The position numbers were made by a program, and so were the translations under genes. Source: Paraglomus brasilianum (Eukaryota). Taken from it: a stretch of 41,569 bases of DNA. Numbering within the stretch: position 1 is the first letter of the stretch; each line of letters begins with the position of its first letter. Below the pieces are notes generated by a model that saw only the letters and a list, made by a program, of their open reading frames with translations, was not told where the DNA came from and made no database searches. Positions 25,468 through 36,730 of this stretch are shown here, in pieces. Location of the stretch: NCBI GenBank assembly GCA_910592345.1, contig CAJVPI010000219.1:1-41569 (forward strand). Reading direction: 5' to 3'.

Positions 25468-26006
25468 CAGTGTCACGAAAAAAAAATAGAAGCTCTTCGA
25501 ACGCGTATATTTTATGCAATATAAATTAATTTGTTTTATATTTTAATGTAAACGCTTACGGTTGTTTTTAAACTGTCAAACAAGTTCAAACCTTTGTTTT
25601 GTTCAACCCTAGCTTTTTGCTGTCAGATTCGATTACAAAATATCTCGGTCAAATTTGAATACACATTGCAAGACTATTAGTAGCCTGTCAATAGTCCAGT
25701 CTTAAATCCTGTAGACAATTGGCCAAAATAATGTAAGAAAAGTATGTTGCAAACATTGTGGAAAGTCATGGCGGGTTATAATCAAAGAATAAAATTCTAT
25801 TTCTTAATCAATTTGGTAAAATCGATAAAACAAAAACGTAAGCTAATTATGGAAAATATTTGTGAAGAAATATTCTATTAATTTATGATAATAAAACCTC
25901 TGCTCATAAGCTACTAAATAAAGTATAACAATAAAGCTTATTCATTACTCTAACCGTTGAAGCACAACAATCAATAGTTTCTTTGCCATTTTTTGGTGAC
26001 ACACTG
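25468..26006. mobile_element. Older Tc1/mariner-type MITE, ~540 bp
   Basis: TA|cagtgtcacgaaaaaa ... ttttttggtgacacactg|TA imperfect TIRs, with the same CAGTGT terminus as the 21968 element. Confidence 0.6.
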
Positions 26007-26049
26007 TATATAATATACCCCTGTAAATTGCAAACGTAAAAAAAACTTG

Positions 26050-26412
26050 ATGACCATGTAGTATTCGGAGAAGTTGGCACTTGGAAAGTACGTACCCAGT
26101 CCGGAAAGAAATTGTCGTAAGAAAGTTGTCCTGCCTCGTTACTGTTCATAATGTGAGTTCGCAAAAGTGATGTGATGTCTTCGCCTGGTTGAGATTTAGG
26201 TCGTCCAAGATTTTGATGTGGTGTAAATGTGCATTCCCCAACCGTACTCGCCGCAACCCCCAAAACCAGACCAACTCGCTTGCGTAATGTTATGTTTTTA
26301 TTTGCTTACCTATGGATGTAGCCCCAGAAAAGTATCTGTAGACGTTCAATACCATCCATTTTTCGTTCGCTGTTAGTGGTGCGGGCGTTCGGTTTACACG
26401 AGAACTAGACAT
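26050..26412 (-). mobile_element. Decayed Tc1/IS630-like transposase N-terminus (HTH region)
   Basis: MSSSRVNRTPAPLTANEKWMVLNVYRYF, frameshift, ITLRKRVGLVLGVAASTVG..LGRPK..LLRTHI, frameshift, LRQFL..LSKCQLLRILH: an HTH plus GRP(K/R) pattern typical of this superfamily. Confidence 0.7.
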
Positions 26413-26571
26413 GAGGAATCGGCGAATTTTGCGAAAAAAATATGTCTATATGTAATCTTTTTACCATGTTAAAATGGGCTTATTTGGGTCATTGCATGTG
26501 GTTTTAGTATTACGCAAATAAAAATCTTTTAAATCGAGGTACGGATATTTTTTATTTTGCACCGGACCATA

Positions 26572-26667
26572 CCATAAATCATAAATGTACACCTTTAGCG
26601 TTCAATCGTAGGTGTAAACAAATAAAGAACGCAAAACTCCATAAATCATAAATCATAAATCATAAAT
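26572..26667 (+). mobile_element. ~50-bp hairpin element, copy 1, flanked by ccataaatcataaat direct repeat and (cataaat)n run
   Basis: gtacacctttagcgttcaatcgtaggtgta (26587-26616) is identical to 40619-40648; the flanks are duplicated. Confidence 0.7.
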
Positions 26668-26881
26668 GCCTTGTATAAGTCATTTATAGATCGTCGTCTT
26701 GTCATTTAGAGTTCATTTATTAATAATTAATCTTTTTTTTTTCCAATTCAAAGCAGTTAGACTCTTCTGTTGTTTCGGTCATTGTTACTAACAGTGGCGC
26801 GACGAGTGTACAGAACAGCTATTGCAACTAGTTCCCGGTATTTATTCCGGCAGTCTTTACACAGAGATTTATGATTTTATA

Positions 26882-29217
26882 TTATAACGCTTCTTTATAA
26901 GACGGCCAAGAGGGAAGTTTATAGCTCAAACTAGCAGTATTTAATGAAACCCTTTTTCTTTTGCTTTCGCCATCATCGCTAACTAGGCACGAAAGCTGTG
27001 GTGGAGCAAGCAACTCTATCTCCATAATTGAGTCTATACGTTAAATGCTTTTTCAACACATCGACAGTAATAAAGATTTCAAATTCCGAAAGCTCATCCT
27101 TTACGAACCACAGTCATTGCCATTACTTTCATACTTTATTATTTATTTCCGTTCTCCAAAGCGTCACGAGAACTGACGGCGAACATTCCAAAGACGCCGT
27201 AATCTCCCCAAAATTTTTTTCTCCATTCTTAATTACTTCCATACCCTTCTTTGCGGTGGTCCCAATAAGATCCTTTGCAGCCGCGAAGGAAATCCTTCCA
27301 GTATCCACCATCCTATCAGTAACAGTAGTGATGGCAGATGATGGACAACCGGCAGCTATGACGATATTCTTGGCATGCAGCTTCATATGTCCCTGTTGAA
27401 TACCTTCTGTTGTGAGAGCGCGTAAGGCAGCAAAATTTTGGGCTAGTCCCACACATGCCATTGCCTATTGTAAGAAAAATATATCATAACCGCGTTTTAT
27501 AAAATGCTTACGAATCACATAGTTGCCTCATAAGCTCACTTTACCAAACTTACCATAGCAAGCTCACTTGAACTAGGGTTTCCCATCAATCCCAAATTAT
27601 ACTTGTACACGGGATTGGTCGCCAGGACACCGCCAGCAGTGCCAACGCATATAGGTACGTTTATCTCTCCACATAGATACAATCCTGTATCATCTCTTTG
27701 ACCATTCTCTTCCATTCTATCCTCCTTTTCAATCCAGTACATGGTTAAAGGCTCGTATCTTTCGATATCATTCCTACACGCAGCCCAAGCATGAGCCCCC
27801 GCTTCAATGGCTCGCCAGTCTTGCCCTGTGGCTAGTGCAACAGCATCAATGCCGTTCATGATCCCTTTATTGTGTGTTGTTGCACGATATGGATCTATCT
27901 GTGCCATTTCGTATGCTTGAACTATACCGAGGGCTACGGATCTGCCAGTGTGGGTTTTATAACCTAGACTCGCTACTGGGACACGGAAAGATGCCTGCAG
28001 GTATAAGAAATCATGAGAATACTGTTCAGACCTCTTAATACACGTCTTGTAAAAACAATAATAGTTTTTTTTTCGTACCTTAACAATTCTTTCCGTGCTG
28101 AAATTGCTAACGATTCTCAGGCTGACTTTCCCACCAGTTATATCTTCTATTTTTGTCGCTATTCCCTCTGCAACTGCATTAGCGCAATTTGCACCCATCG
28201 CATCACATACATCTATTTGTACGTGAACGATTAGCCATTCGGTGAAATTCTCTTGACATAATTCGACATGTCGTGGATGCGGGTTACGTTTACGACGAAT
28301 ACGTCGGGTGGTAATATTTCTAACGCCGCCACCGCGTTTGATCATATTCGGAACGAATGTGTTTGCAAGCGAAATTATGGAATTTTTGTGGGTTTGAATC
28401 TATGAAATGGGTAGAATAAGTAATGTGAGAATCTATGTTAAAAAGGAATACATGATATGAAGATGATTGTTAATGCAGATTCGACTTTTTTGCTACGGTC
28501 ATTACATTAGTGATGGCATCGTCCATTTTTGATTCTGGAATATTTGTTACTGCTATCTGAGAAGTTATCATGTTTTTCTCTGGAGCAACTGCAGTAAACT
28601 TTTTAATTGTCTTTGCAGCTCCTGAAGCGGCGGCTATTACCGAAGGTTCTTCTATTGCCATTGGAATTACTATGGGTTTGTCGTTTATTACAAAGTTCAA
28701 TGCTAGCCCGACTGGAAGACCGATCGTCCTAAGAAAAGATGGCCATTAAAGTTGAATAACAATATCGTTAACGAAAGATAAAAATTAATATTGATAATTA
28801 CCCGACACAGTTTTCAACCATATTATCTGCTATCTCTTCACTCAAACCACGAATAGGGAAATCCGATATTGACAGTTTAGAGAGCTTTTCTTCGAGCAGC
28901 TCAGGATTAACAGCCTCATTATTGTTTATGTTATTATTTTTATTATTATTAGTATTATTACTGTACGTAGGATCTACTTCAATAGGGGAGCGACAAGACG
29001 ACGTATCTGGAGTTACATATACTGACTGACTGTTCATATCAAGGCTTATTGTCTCTAAAGAATTTCGACCAAACACTTCGGGAAAAGCCTCAATCAGTAT
29101 GTTTTGTCGCTCCCGTAATGTTCTTTTGTAAAAGCCAGAGGCCCAGGAACGAGAACCTGTTGTTATAGGAACATGATTGCCATAGCTCACCGAGCAAGGT
29201 AATGTGCGTGGTTTCAT
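26882..29217 (-). CDS. Class II (bacterial MvaA-type) HMG-CoA reductase, soluble, ~590 aa, 6 exons
   Basis: Exons 29217-28802, 28728-28506, 28399-28079, 27994-27554, 27464-27245, 27033-26882. Motifs SGFYK, MVENCVG, PMAIEEPSVIAAAS, RGGG, DAMGAN, THNKGIMNG, ATGQDWRAIEA, GLAQNFAALRAL, EGIQQGHMKLH. The last exon is less certain (unspliced stop at 27129). Confidence 0.92.
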
Positions 29218-29987
29218 TTAATGTGACAGATTAAATTAAAATGGGTGCTTTTGTTTGGATTATGTATGCGAGTTAAAAAAGATTTGGATATAAAAAATGT
29301 CTCGAGTTTACGTTATATACTTGTTGCTGCAAATACAACAGGGAAACAAATGACTAATATTGCATTTCAAAGTTTCATAATCTGTCACAATTATCGTAGA
29401 TCAACCAACCAGCAGAAATATTGGTGCTGTTGCGTAAACCAGTTATGCCAGAGAATGAAGATAAATGACAGTAAAATGTTTAAATTCCGAATGGATTATT
29501 GATAAAGCATGTCAAGATAATAGTAAGGTATGGAACACCTTTACAATAATGAAAAATTGGCTGCGCATCGATTGTTTCTTTATTAGGTTAATAACGCCAC
29601 ATAGTGTATACATAGCACATTAGCCACAGCGTTGTCATGTGAATGATGGAAAATTTTCGCGAATGAAAACCTTTCGGGTGATCGAAAGCAGTTCCTTCTC
29701 TTTTGTTGTATGAGCGTTTGCTTCATCCTTGTCGGTAGGTTGCTGGTATGTATTATACATAATTAGGAATTAAGCTTTGTTTAGGCGGTGTGTTGTCAAT
29801 TGTAGAAAGCAGCGAGGTCAAGGTTTTCTGACCGAATGCAAGACAAATTCGCAACATTCGATCACCTGGGCCGGTTCCGTATACATGCTGTCTAACAGAC
29901 TATTTGTATTAACGCATTAACGCCATTCTGTCATTTTCTATCCTTTTTCCCTTTGTCTCATCACAAGACGTCTGCTAAACCCAAACA

Positions 29988-30584
29988 ATGGCTGTAAAGA
30001 AATCAAAGAAAACCAGCGAATCAATAAATTCACGCCTGGCACTTGTCATGAAAAGTGGCAAATATTGCCTTGGCTATAAATCTACTCTAAAAGCTCTCCG
30101 ACAGGGCAAAGGTAAATGTTAGGCAGAAATAATAGTAAAAAAAAAAAAAAATCTATGAACGCCATTAAAAGTTGTCATGCTTTTGTATACGATATGTAGC
30201 TTATATATTCATTTGATTTCGTTTTATAGCTAAGCTTGTGATCATTTCTGGTAATTGCCCTCCGCTTCGTAAGCATGAATTGGAATACTATGCCATGCTG
30301 GCAAAAACTACAGTACATCATTATTCTGGAAGTAAGTTTATCAATATCGATTCAATTTCTGCGCGTTTGCATCTCCCTTATTGTGCCAAATTCTGTACTT
30401 GTAGACAACGTTGACCTTGGAACCGCATGCGGTAAATATTTCCGTGTGTGTGTGCTGAGTATAACCGATCCAGGTGAGAACATAACTCTAACTTGTTATT
30501 AAAATACTGATGCATAATATTTATTATGATTAAATTTTTTTTCCAAAAGGTGACTCGGATATTCTGGCTACTCAGACCCAATAG
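29988..30584 (+). CDS. RPL30: 60S ribosomal protein L30 (eL30), 109 aa, 4 exons
   Basis: Exons 29988-30111, 30230-30331, 30405-30473, 30550-30584. [48 protein letters not shown]. Confidence 0.97.
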
Positions 30585-30752
30585 TCTATTATACGTTATA
30601 TGTTGTGTGGTTTGGCAGCTCAATAAATAGCCGACAATCAATTAGGGATAATGAGTAAATATAATTAATGAAAAACTACAACCGTATCGGTCCCAAGTCA
30701 TACAGGCGCGAATTGTCGATCACGTGATATACAACACTCATTATCTTACCAC

Positions 30753-32567
30753 CTAGTAATCCACAGCCCATCCATTCTTTTTCAAGAAATCTTCAATAGC
30801 CTCCTTCAGCGCCAAGTTAGGATACAAATCTTTGTCTGAACACTCTTTGCGTGATAAGGGATCGAAGTGGCCTATCTTCCTAAAGTGTTCATTTAAGTGT
30901 GCTCGCTCGTAGGTTATACCCGAGGGTGTGATTACGGGATCATGTATTACGTTGAACGATATTTTGTCTAAAAAGTATTCAGGAACTTCGCGAGGCTGCA
31001 ATTCAAGGACAAGGTTTATGGAAAACGTGAATGGATAGGAATAGACAAATGAGCGATTCCGATGGTATCTGGAATAATATACTTACCCCCATATTTTCAT
31101 CTGCCTGGGCAAAAACCTGCTCAAGAGCCGACAACTTCTCATCATGCGCTTTATTGATCGCATCAAGCCGGTCAACATCAGTAGAGTTACTGACAAACTT
31201 TGAAAATGTAGCTGCAACAGGGTTCTTTCCGGCCAATACTTTTTGGAGTTGTCTACAATATGACATTCAACGTTAACGTCCAACATAACATTTATCATAT
31301 AATTTGGTGGCGAAATTTATATTTACCTCTCCCGTTCTGTATTAATTAATCCTTTGAGATACTTTAACAAATCTGACTCTCTCTTGTCTCGCTCTCGCTC
31401 TGACTGTTCCCATTTCTTCTTGCGGGCGTTGAGTAGTGCTTGAATTATATCTCCCAGGTAAGTTACATTTGCTTTTACTGCTAGCTCATATGCTAGAAGC
31501 AAAAAAAGATAAGCGTATGGATCGGGATTCATTATTACGAAAATAAATAAAGCGTACCTTGTTCTAGTTCATTAACCGCTTCATCTGTACGTAACTTCTC
31601 TGTGAACGCTTGTCCCAGCTATGATCGTGTAATATTGGGTAAATAAGAAACAATATTACACTTGTTCTATCTCTCCGATCATCGTACATTACCAGATAAT
31701 GTCCTTTCACTACAACCAAGGACAACGAATTAATATTTTATCTAAAAAAAGCACCGAATCTGTTCAATCTTTATTACTCACCAGACTTTGGATCAAACTT
31801 ATTTGCTTTCTCGCAATCTGCTATTACATGATCGTATTTTTTTAGCTATAGTTTTGAGAAAGCCAAGAGAATGTAAATGAAAAGCGGGAAAAAAAACCAG
31901 GCGATAAAGATAACTTGACGGATCTGTCATCACCACGTCAAAATCGATCTACTCACTTTTAAATAGCATAGTGCTCGATTTGTAAAATAGACGGAAACGG
32001 CCGGATTTTGATTCTGAAGCAAACAAAGACCAAAAAGAAAACAGAGAAATGTTAGTGATAAAAACTTGGTATGCTGAAAACGCTTGGTAACCAACTACAG
32101 GCACTATATACTATCTGGAAGGAGAGGTTGCACAATTGAAGACCTCGCGAGGTGGCATAAACGTAAGTGAAACATAAGGATACTGATGGAAGAGAGAGAA
32201 AGAGGACGTGTGCGTGTTGGTGGGGGATCCATGCGGCGGCTAAGAGAAATTTACTTAACGGACGAATCATTATGTGCTTAACTCTCATTCCGCCAACCTT
32301 GTTGCTTTCACTTTTCCTCATCGCTTCCAACTTCTCCTTCTACCTTATTCATCAATAAGCAACCCGCTCATCTAATCTATGCTTCTCATCCATATGCAAT
32401 AATAACGTAAGCAATAAAAAAACCTAATAAATCATTGTGTTCATTACAATTGCAGCTGTATACTCTTTTATTGCAGCGTCATAGTCCCTGGCACTGAAAT
32501 ATGCATTCCCTCTTGTCTTGTGTACTTCGGCTGCGTGGACTTGGTTGGGTGTTGGTTGAGTTGACAT
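30753..32567 (-). CDS. STUB1: CHIP-type TPR plus U-box E3 ubiquitin ligase, 8 exons
   Basis: N-terminal TPRs (HKTRGNAYF, YFTNRALCYLK, SVKGHYLLGQA), charged helical linker, U-box (ISFNVIHDPVITPSGITYER..FDPLSR..PNLALKEAI..NGWAVDY). Includes a 17-nt exon at 31709-31693. Confidence 0.93.
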
Positions 32568-33381
32568 TTAGATGACGCGAAGAATGAGTTACTACAATCG
32601 TTGTGATTAAGCCTAGTCTTCTTCACCGCAAGCTTTTCAGCAGGTCAAAGTATAACTCAAGTCTAATTTTATACTATCAAAAATAGTTCTTTGGGAATAT
32701 GAAATCAACGGAAAACCTCGAAATTTACTGTTGGCACATTTTCAAACTCCTCAATGTCACAAACAATGCGGGATAATTCGACGATATGCTATGACGTGTA
32801 ATAGTGCAGATGATGGCGTAATCGCTTGAGAGTATCGGTAGGCATTCGGAAGTGGAAAGACAGAGAATGTACTAGAATTATTCAACGGCTCCAAAAGAAT
32901 AAAACCTCGATGTAGAACGCCCCAAATTCTGAGTCACGTGATATACCATACTCATCCAGGCTTTGCTTAAATAGTTTGCCCTCCCAAGATTTTCTAGTTC
33001 AATATCAAGACTTTTATAACGAAACATCCCACAAGTGTGCATAAGCACGAGTTTATGAAGTCAACGAACCAAGCCACTCAGCTCTAAGACAAATTTAAAA
33101 CCACAATGAATCAATAGGAAAGGGGGGAAAGAATTAGCCAAGCCACTCATTTACCTTTAAGGCTTAGCTTGCGCTTAGCCATCTGATAAATGTATATAAT
33201 TCAGTGGGCAGTGCCAAGAGAGAGAATGTAATTCATCCGTGGCTTATCCTTATTTGGAACAAAAGATAGATAGGGGTTTTGTTATTAATACAACTCTCCT
33301 CCAGAAAAAAAAGCAACTATTTGAACGCCAATATCCTAAAAGCACAGCTGCGATTATTTCTTACAAGACGCTCGTATCGCA

Positions 33382-34284
33382 ATGCACGATAAACTAGAAA
33401 TTCCTATAACTAAAATCCAATGGAGTTTACGTGGGGCACAGATTTTCTTTGCCTTTTTTGCAATGTGCACTATTGCTGCTGTTATATCGTTTGATAACTC
33501 TCACACTTCCAGTAGCATTATGGCGAACTTTGATCTCTTCATAATCCTAGTCTCAATGCCGACTGCAGCAGCGATAGTCGTTATTCCACACCTCTACCTG
33601 AAATACGGCAAATTCAAGACGTTTGCGAAAGCGATGCGACACCCTAGATATGAATTCGTGCTATCGACAATATGGGCCGCATTGTTGTTAATATGTTCGA
33701 TTGGACTGAGCGTGGAGTTTGGAGTAATAAGGGACTGTAACCCAGAAGATTACCCAGAAGCACTAAATAAAAGCGGCGACTCGTTTAGGAACGGCCTACT
33801 TAAATCGTGCACGACAGGGAAAGCAAGTACAGCTTTTGGATGGTTTGCTTTGGCGGCGTGGTTAGGTTCGCTTGGTTTGCTTGCCAATGATTGGCGCAAT
33901 AATAGACGACAGCCCGCTACCAAAAACGAAAGTGGATGGTTTGCGTGGTTAGGTTCATGCTGCGGTAGTAGACGACAGCCCGTTGCCAAAAACGAAAGTG
34001 GATTTGATGATATAATGCATTCTAACTCTACGAGATCGTCGTTGGAAGATGGAACAGTAGGATATCAGGATAAAGAGAGGTTTCAAAGTATCACTGCGAT
34101 AGGAGGAAGTGACACCCCGCCAGTAAGCGAGTATAATAAGGATTACAACAGTCCGCCGATTCATTTATCGCCACCGTTAGCTCCGACACCTCAACCTATA
34201 CCAGCACCACAGCCCGCGAGTAGTCCATTACAAATTCAACCACCCCCGGGAGCAGTTTCTTTCCCTGAACCACAGCGATTCTAA
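33382..34284 (+). CDS. MARVEL-like four-TM membrane protein with Pro-rich tail, 300 aa, intronless
   Basis: LRGAQIFFA start, four hydrophobic helices, C...KASTAFGWF..AAW MARVEL-type end, Pro-rich C-terminus. Confidence 0.85.
   Translation: MHDKLEIPITKIQWSLRGAQIFFAFFAMCTIAAVISFDNSHTSSSIMANFDLFIILVSMPTAAAIVVIPHLYLKYGKFKTFAKAMRHPRYEFVLSTIWAALLLICSIGLSVEFGVIRDCNPEDYPEALNKSGDSFRNGLLKSCTTGKASTAFGWFALAAWLGSLGLLANDWRNNRRQPATKNESGWFAWLGSCCGSRRQPVAKNESGFDDIMHSNSTRSSLEDGTVGYQDKERFQSITAIGGSDTPPVSEYNKDYNSPPIHLSPPLAPTPQPIPAPQPASSPLQIQPPPGAVSFPEPQRF
33837..34003 (+). repeat. In-frame internal tandem duplication in the MARVEL gene
   Basis: GWFALAAWLGS...RRQPATKNES followed by GWFAWLGSCCGSRRQPVAKNES; the shared nucleotide blocks are nearly identical. 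Confidence 0.9.
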
Positions 34285-35027
34285 GGGTGCGATGGAAATT
34301 TGATTTTATATTCGGGCTTGTTTTAAATAGTAGAGATATTCGTTTGATTACTCATGTGTCTGCTAGCAGTTTTCTTTTTGCTAGAGAATATATATATTTC
34401 ACTAACTACTGTTACGTTGTTTCTAAGTAGTATGAACTTTCTTCCAATCGTGTATTATAAACCTTTTCTAATTATTTGGAAATAACAATATATAAACGAT
34501 CAAAGTCTCATTTAAATCGTAAACTCAGTTCCCGAGCACAGAAGAGGAATGTTGTTAAATACCAACACATTTTTCAAGCACTATTATCTAACGATGAGTT
34601 CTCGTAAACCACATCGCTTGTGCAAAATTAAGCGTATCACGGGATTGCCCTGATTATAGTAATTATAATATCGTGGAGTGAACCGCGCGCGCCCACCTTG
34701 TCGTATTTTTTTGGTCGATCGTTCATACAAGGCAACTCCTCCATCTGTAAATAGAACAAACTTCATTGATCCCTTTTCGGGAAAAGCATATGCCAAATCT
34801 GAACCTTATATTAATAAATTTGCTGAACAAGAACGGATATTTTACGGACTACAGTTCTATTTTATTTGATGTTTCCAAATCAAGAACTAAAAACCACATG
34901 CAAATGCACTCATATAAATTACGGGGGCGAAGTTGGTGTAGAAGAGAGTCTTTCAGATTAATTGATAGAGAAGAAAAAGTAAAGTACTGGATACTATCCT
35001 TATTATTTGCTATTATAGAATACCATT

Positions 35028-36093
35028 ATGTTAGGAAACTTGGTTTCAGAAGAATGGGTACGTATGTTTATATTGGTTAAGTCTAGTTTCGATATTTTTA
35101 ACCCAAAGGTCGACTCCCTTGTTGTAGGGCCAATTCATATCAGAACTATCATTTGCAGACGTGTAAGTTATATTTTCGTTCAAAGTCTGTAGTAACGCAG
35201 CCAAAGCTATTCGCGCACGCCTTTCGGGTAACAGTGACAATAATTTGACAACACACTTTTTTGTTGCTAATTCACTATAGAACTGTCGCAATACCGGCAA
35301 TTCTAGTAATATACGCAGTTACTCCAAGTGTGTTATACACTATGCGACATCGAAGTAGCCGGGGTGGATGGTACATTCCTCCCAAGCCTCTTAACGAGTC
35401 TTCCTCTGTGCAAGCGAAATTGGTTAGTTATCAAGAAGAGTGGTGTTGGTGACGGCATTAACCATCGTTTAATCAATACGTTTGCTTGTATCTCACACAA
35501 TCTTTTGTAATACTAGTTTTTGCTAAATAGTTTGGCAGTTCTGTTCACTGTGAAATATATTGCACAGTACACGTTTGGCCATTCGGCACCAGAAGTCTTT
35601 GTCACTGGAACTCTGCTAACAGTCGTGGTAAGATTTATAGAGCTGGAAGATTATGTCTGTGAGAGAGAGTTTGTGCTGTATATGTGTGTGGTATTTATCT
35701 TATTACTTCCACAGCATTCATCGGCGCATTCTGAACTCTGTACCCGTTCTTCTTTTTGTAGTTGATCACAGTAATCATATATCACTTTGAGAACAAAGGA
35801 ATAGTAAAACCGGCCCTTCCGTTATTTTACGTCTGGGGGGTCTCGACAATTGTAACGTTGTATTACTACACATTAAAATCACATGATGTCACCCAGGAAA
35901 TTTACTTGGTCACAAGTTTGCTATTGTTTTTGCTCGAGTGGGCATCACCACATTCCTATTATAGTAAGGTAAATATCAAAGAAATTTATATTAAACCCGA
36001 ATATATGAGTATCACATATCAATTTTCACCCTCATCTTTCTGCGCTAGGGGAAATCGATAAACGAAACGGAAGCCCACGCCAAGTCGGAATAA
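35028..36093 (+). CDS. Small multi-pass membrane protein resembling an isolated ABCC/MRP TMD0 domain, ~189 aa, 6 exons
   Basis: Exons 35028-35057, 35128-35162, 35281-35422, 35517-35627, 35762-35968 and 36049-36093 splice in phase with GT-AG sites. Five hydrophobic segments; ends EAHAKSE*. Confidence 0.75.
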
Positions 36094-36254
36094 ACATAGA
36101 ACTATACACGTATCAAATGAAAAGTCCACGTGAATACACTAGTCAGCCAATTAAATGAAGTTGAATTTATATTATGATAATTTCAAAATCATTCTTCCTA
36201 ATTCTTCTGACCATTGCTGGGGCGAGTATCTTGAATCTGAAGTTTAAGCTTCTG

Positions 36255-36730
36255 AAGAGTTGTTCCGGGGAATACGATTCACCGATTTTGGCGATAAAAG
36301 CACTACATAGTGATTATTTTGTTCCATCATGCCTTACATAACTACTAATTATAATAAGAATTATCAACATTCTACATATTTGCCGTCATTAGTTTATCGC
36401 AAACCTTCTTTCGCGTAATCCCACAAACTTCAAAGACAATGAGTTCGTTCAAATACCAATCAACTTTCTCATTAACCAATGACTTCAGTATTTAGAAATA
36501 TATGTACGTCTTTGTTTATAAAGTGAAAAGCTTAGCGGAAATTTCCATTGTTATGGAAGAGCGCCTCTGCGTCCCTTTGAGAGGTTCCTCGACACAACCC
36601 ACGTCGATACGGGCAATAGAATCCTGTTTACCGCACTGCGACTCACGTATAAATAAAACCAATGTTTTTCTTAGAGAAACATCACGATGAAGGCATATCA
36701 CCCTCCAATGCAAAGACTCTGAACCGTTTC
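36255..36730 (-). mobile_element. Decayed Tc1/IS630-like transposase
   Basis: SESLHWRVICLH..AVNRILL, ILKSLVNEKVDWYLNEL, CGITRKK, SAFIAKIGESYSPEQL: homeodomain-like/HTH portion ending just before the first DDE Asp; frameshifted. Confidence 0.7.

Noticed and set aside
30585..30752. Only 168 bp between the convergent RPL30 and CHIP stop codons
   Set aside because: Short convergent spacing is common in compact fungal genomes.
32170..32185. GTATCCTT (U12-type donor-like) on the minus strand in CHIP intron 1
   Set aside because: Not at an exon boundary; the CHIP frame is explained by ordinary GT-AG introns.
34766..35080. 104-aa ORF overlapping the start of the TMD0-like gene
   Set aside because: Its frame does not splice in phase to the downstream exons; the ATG at 35028 in another frame does.
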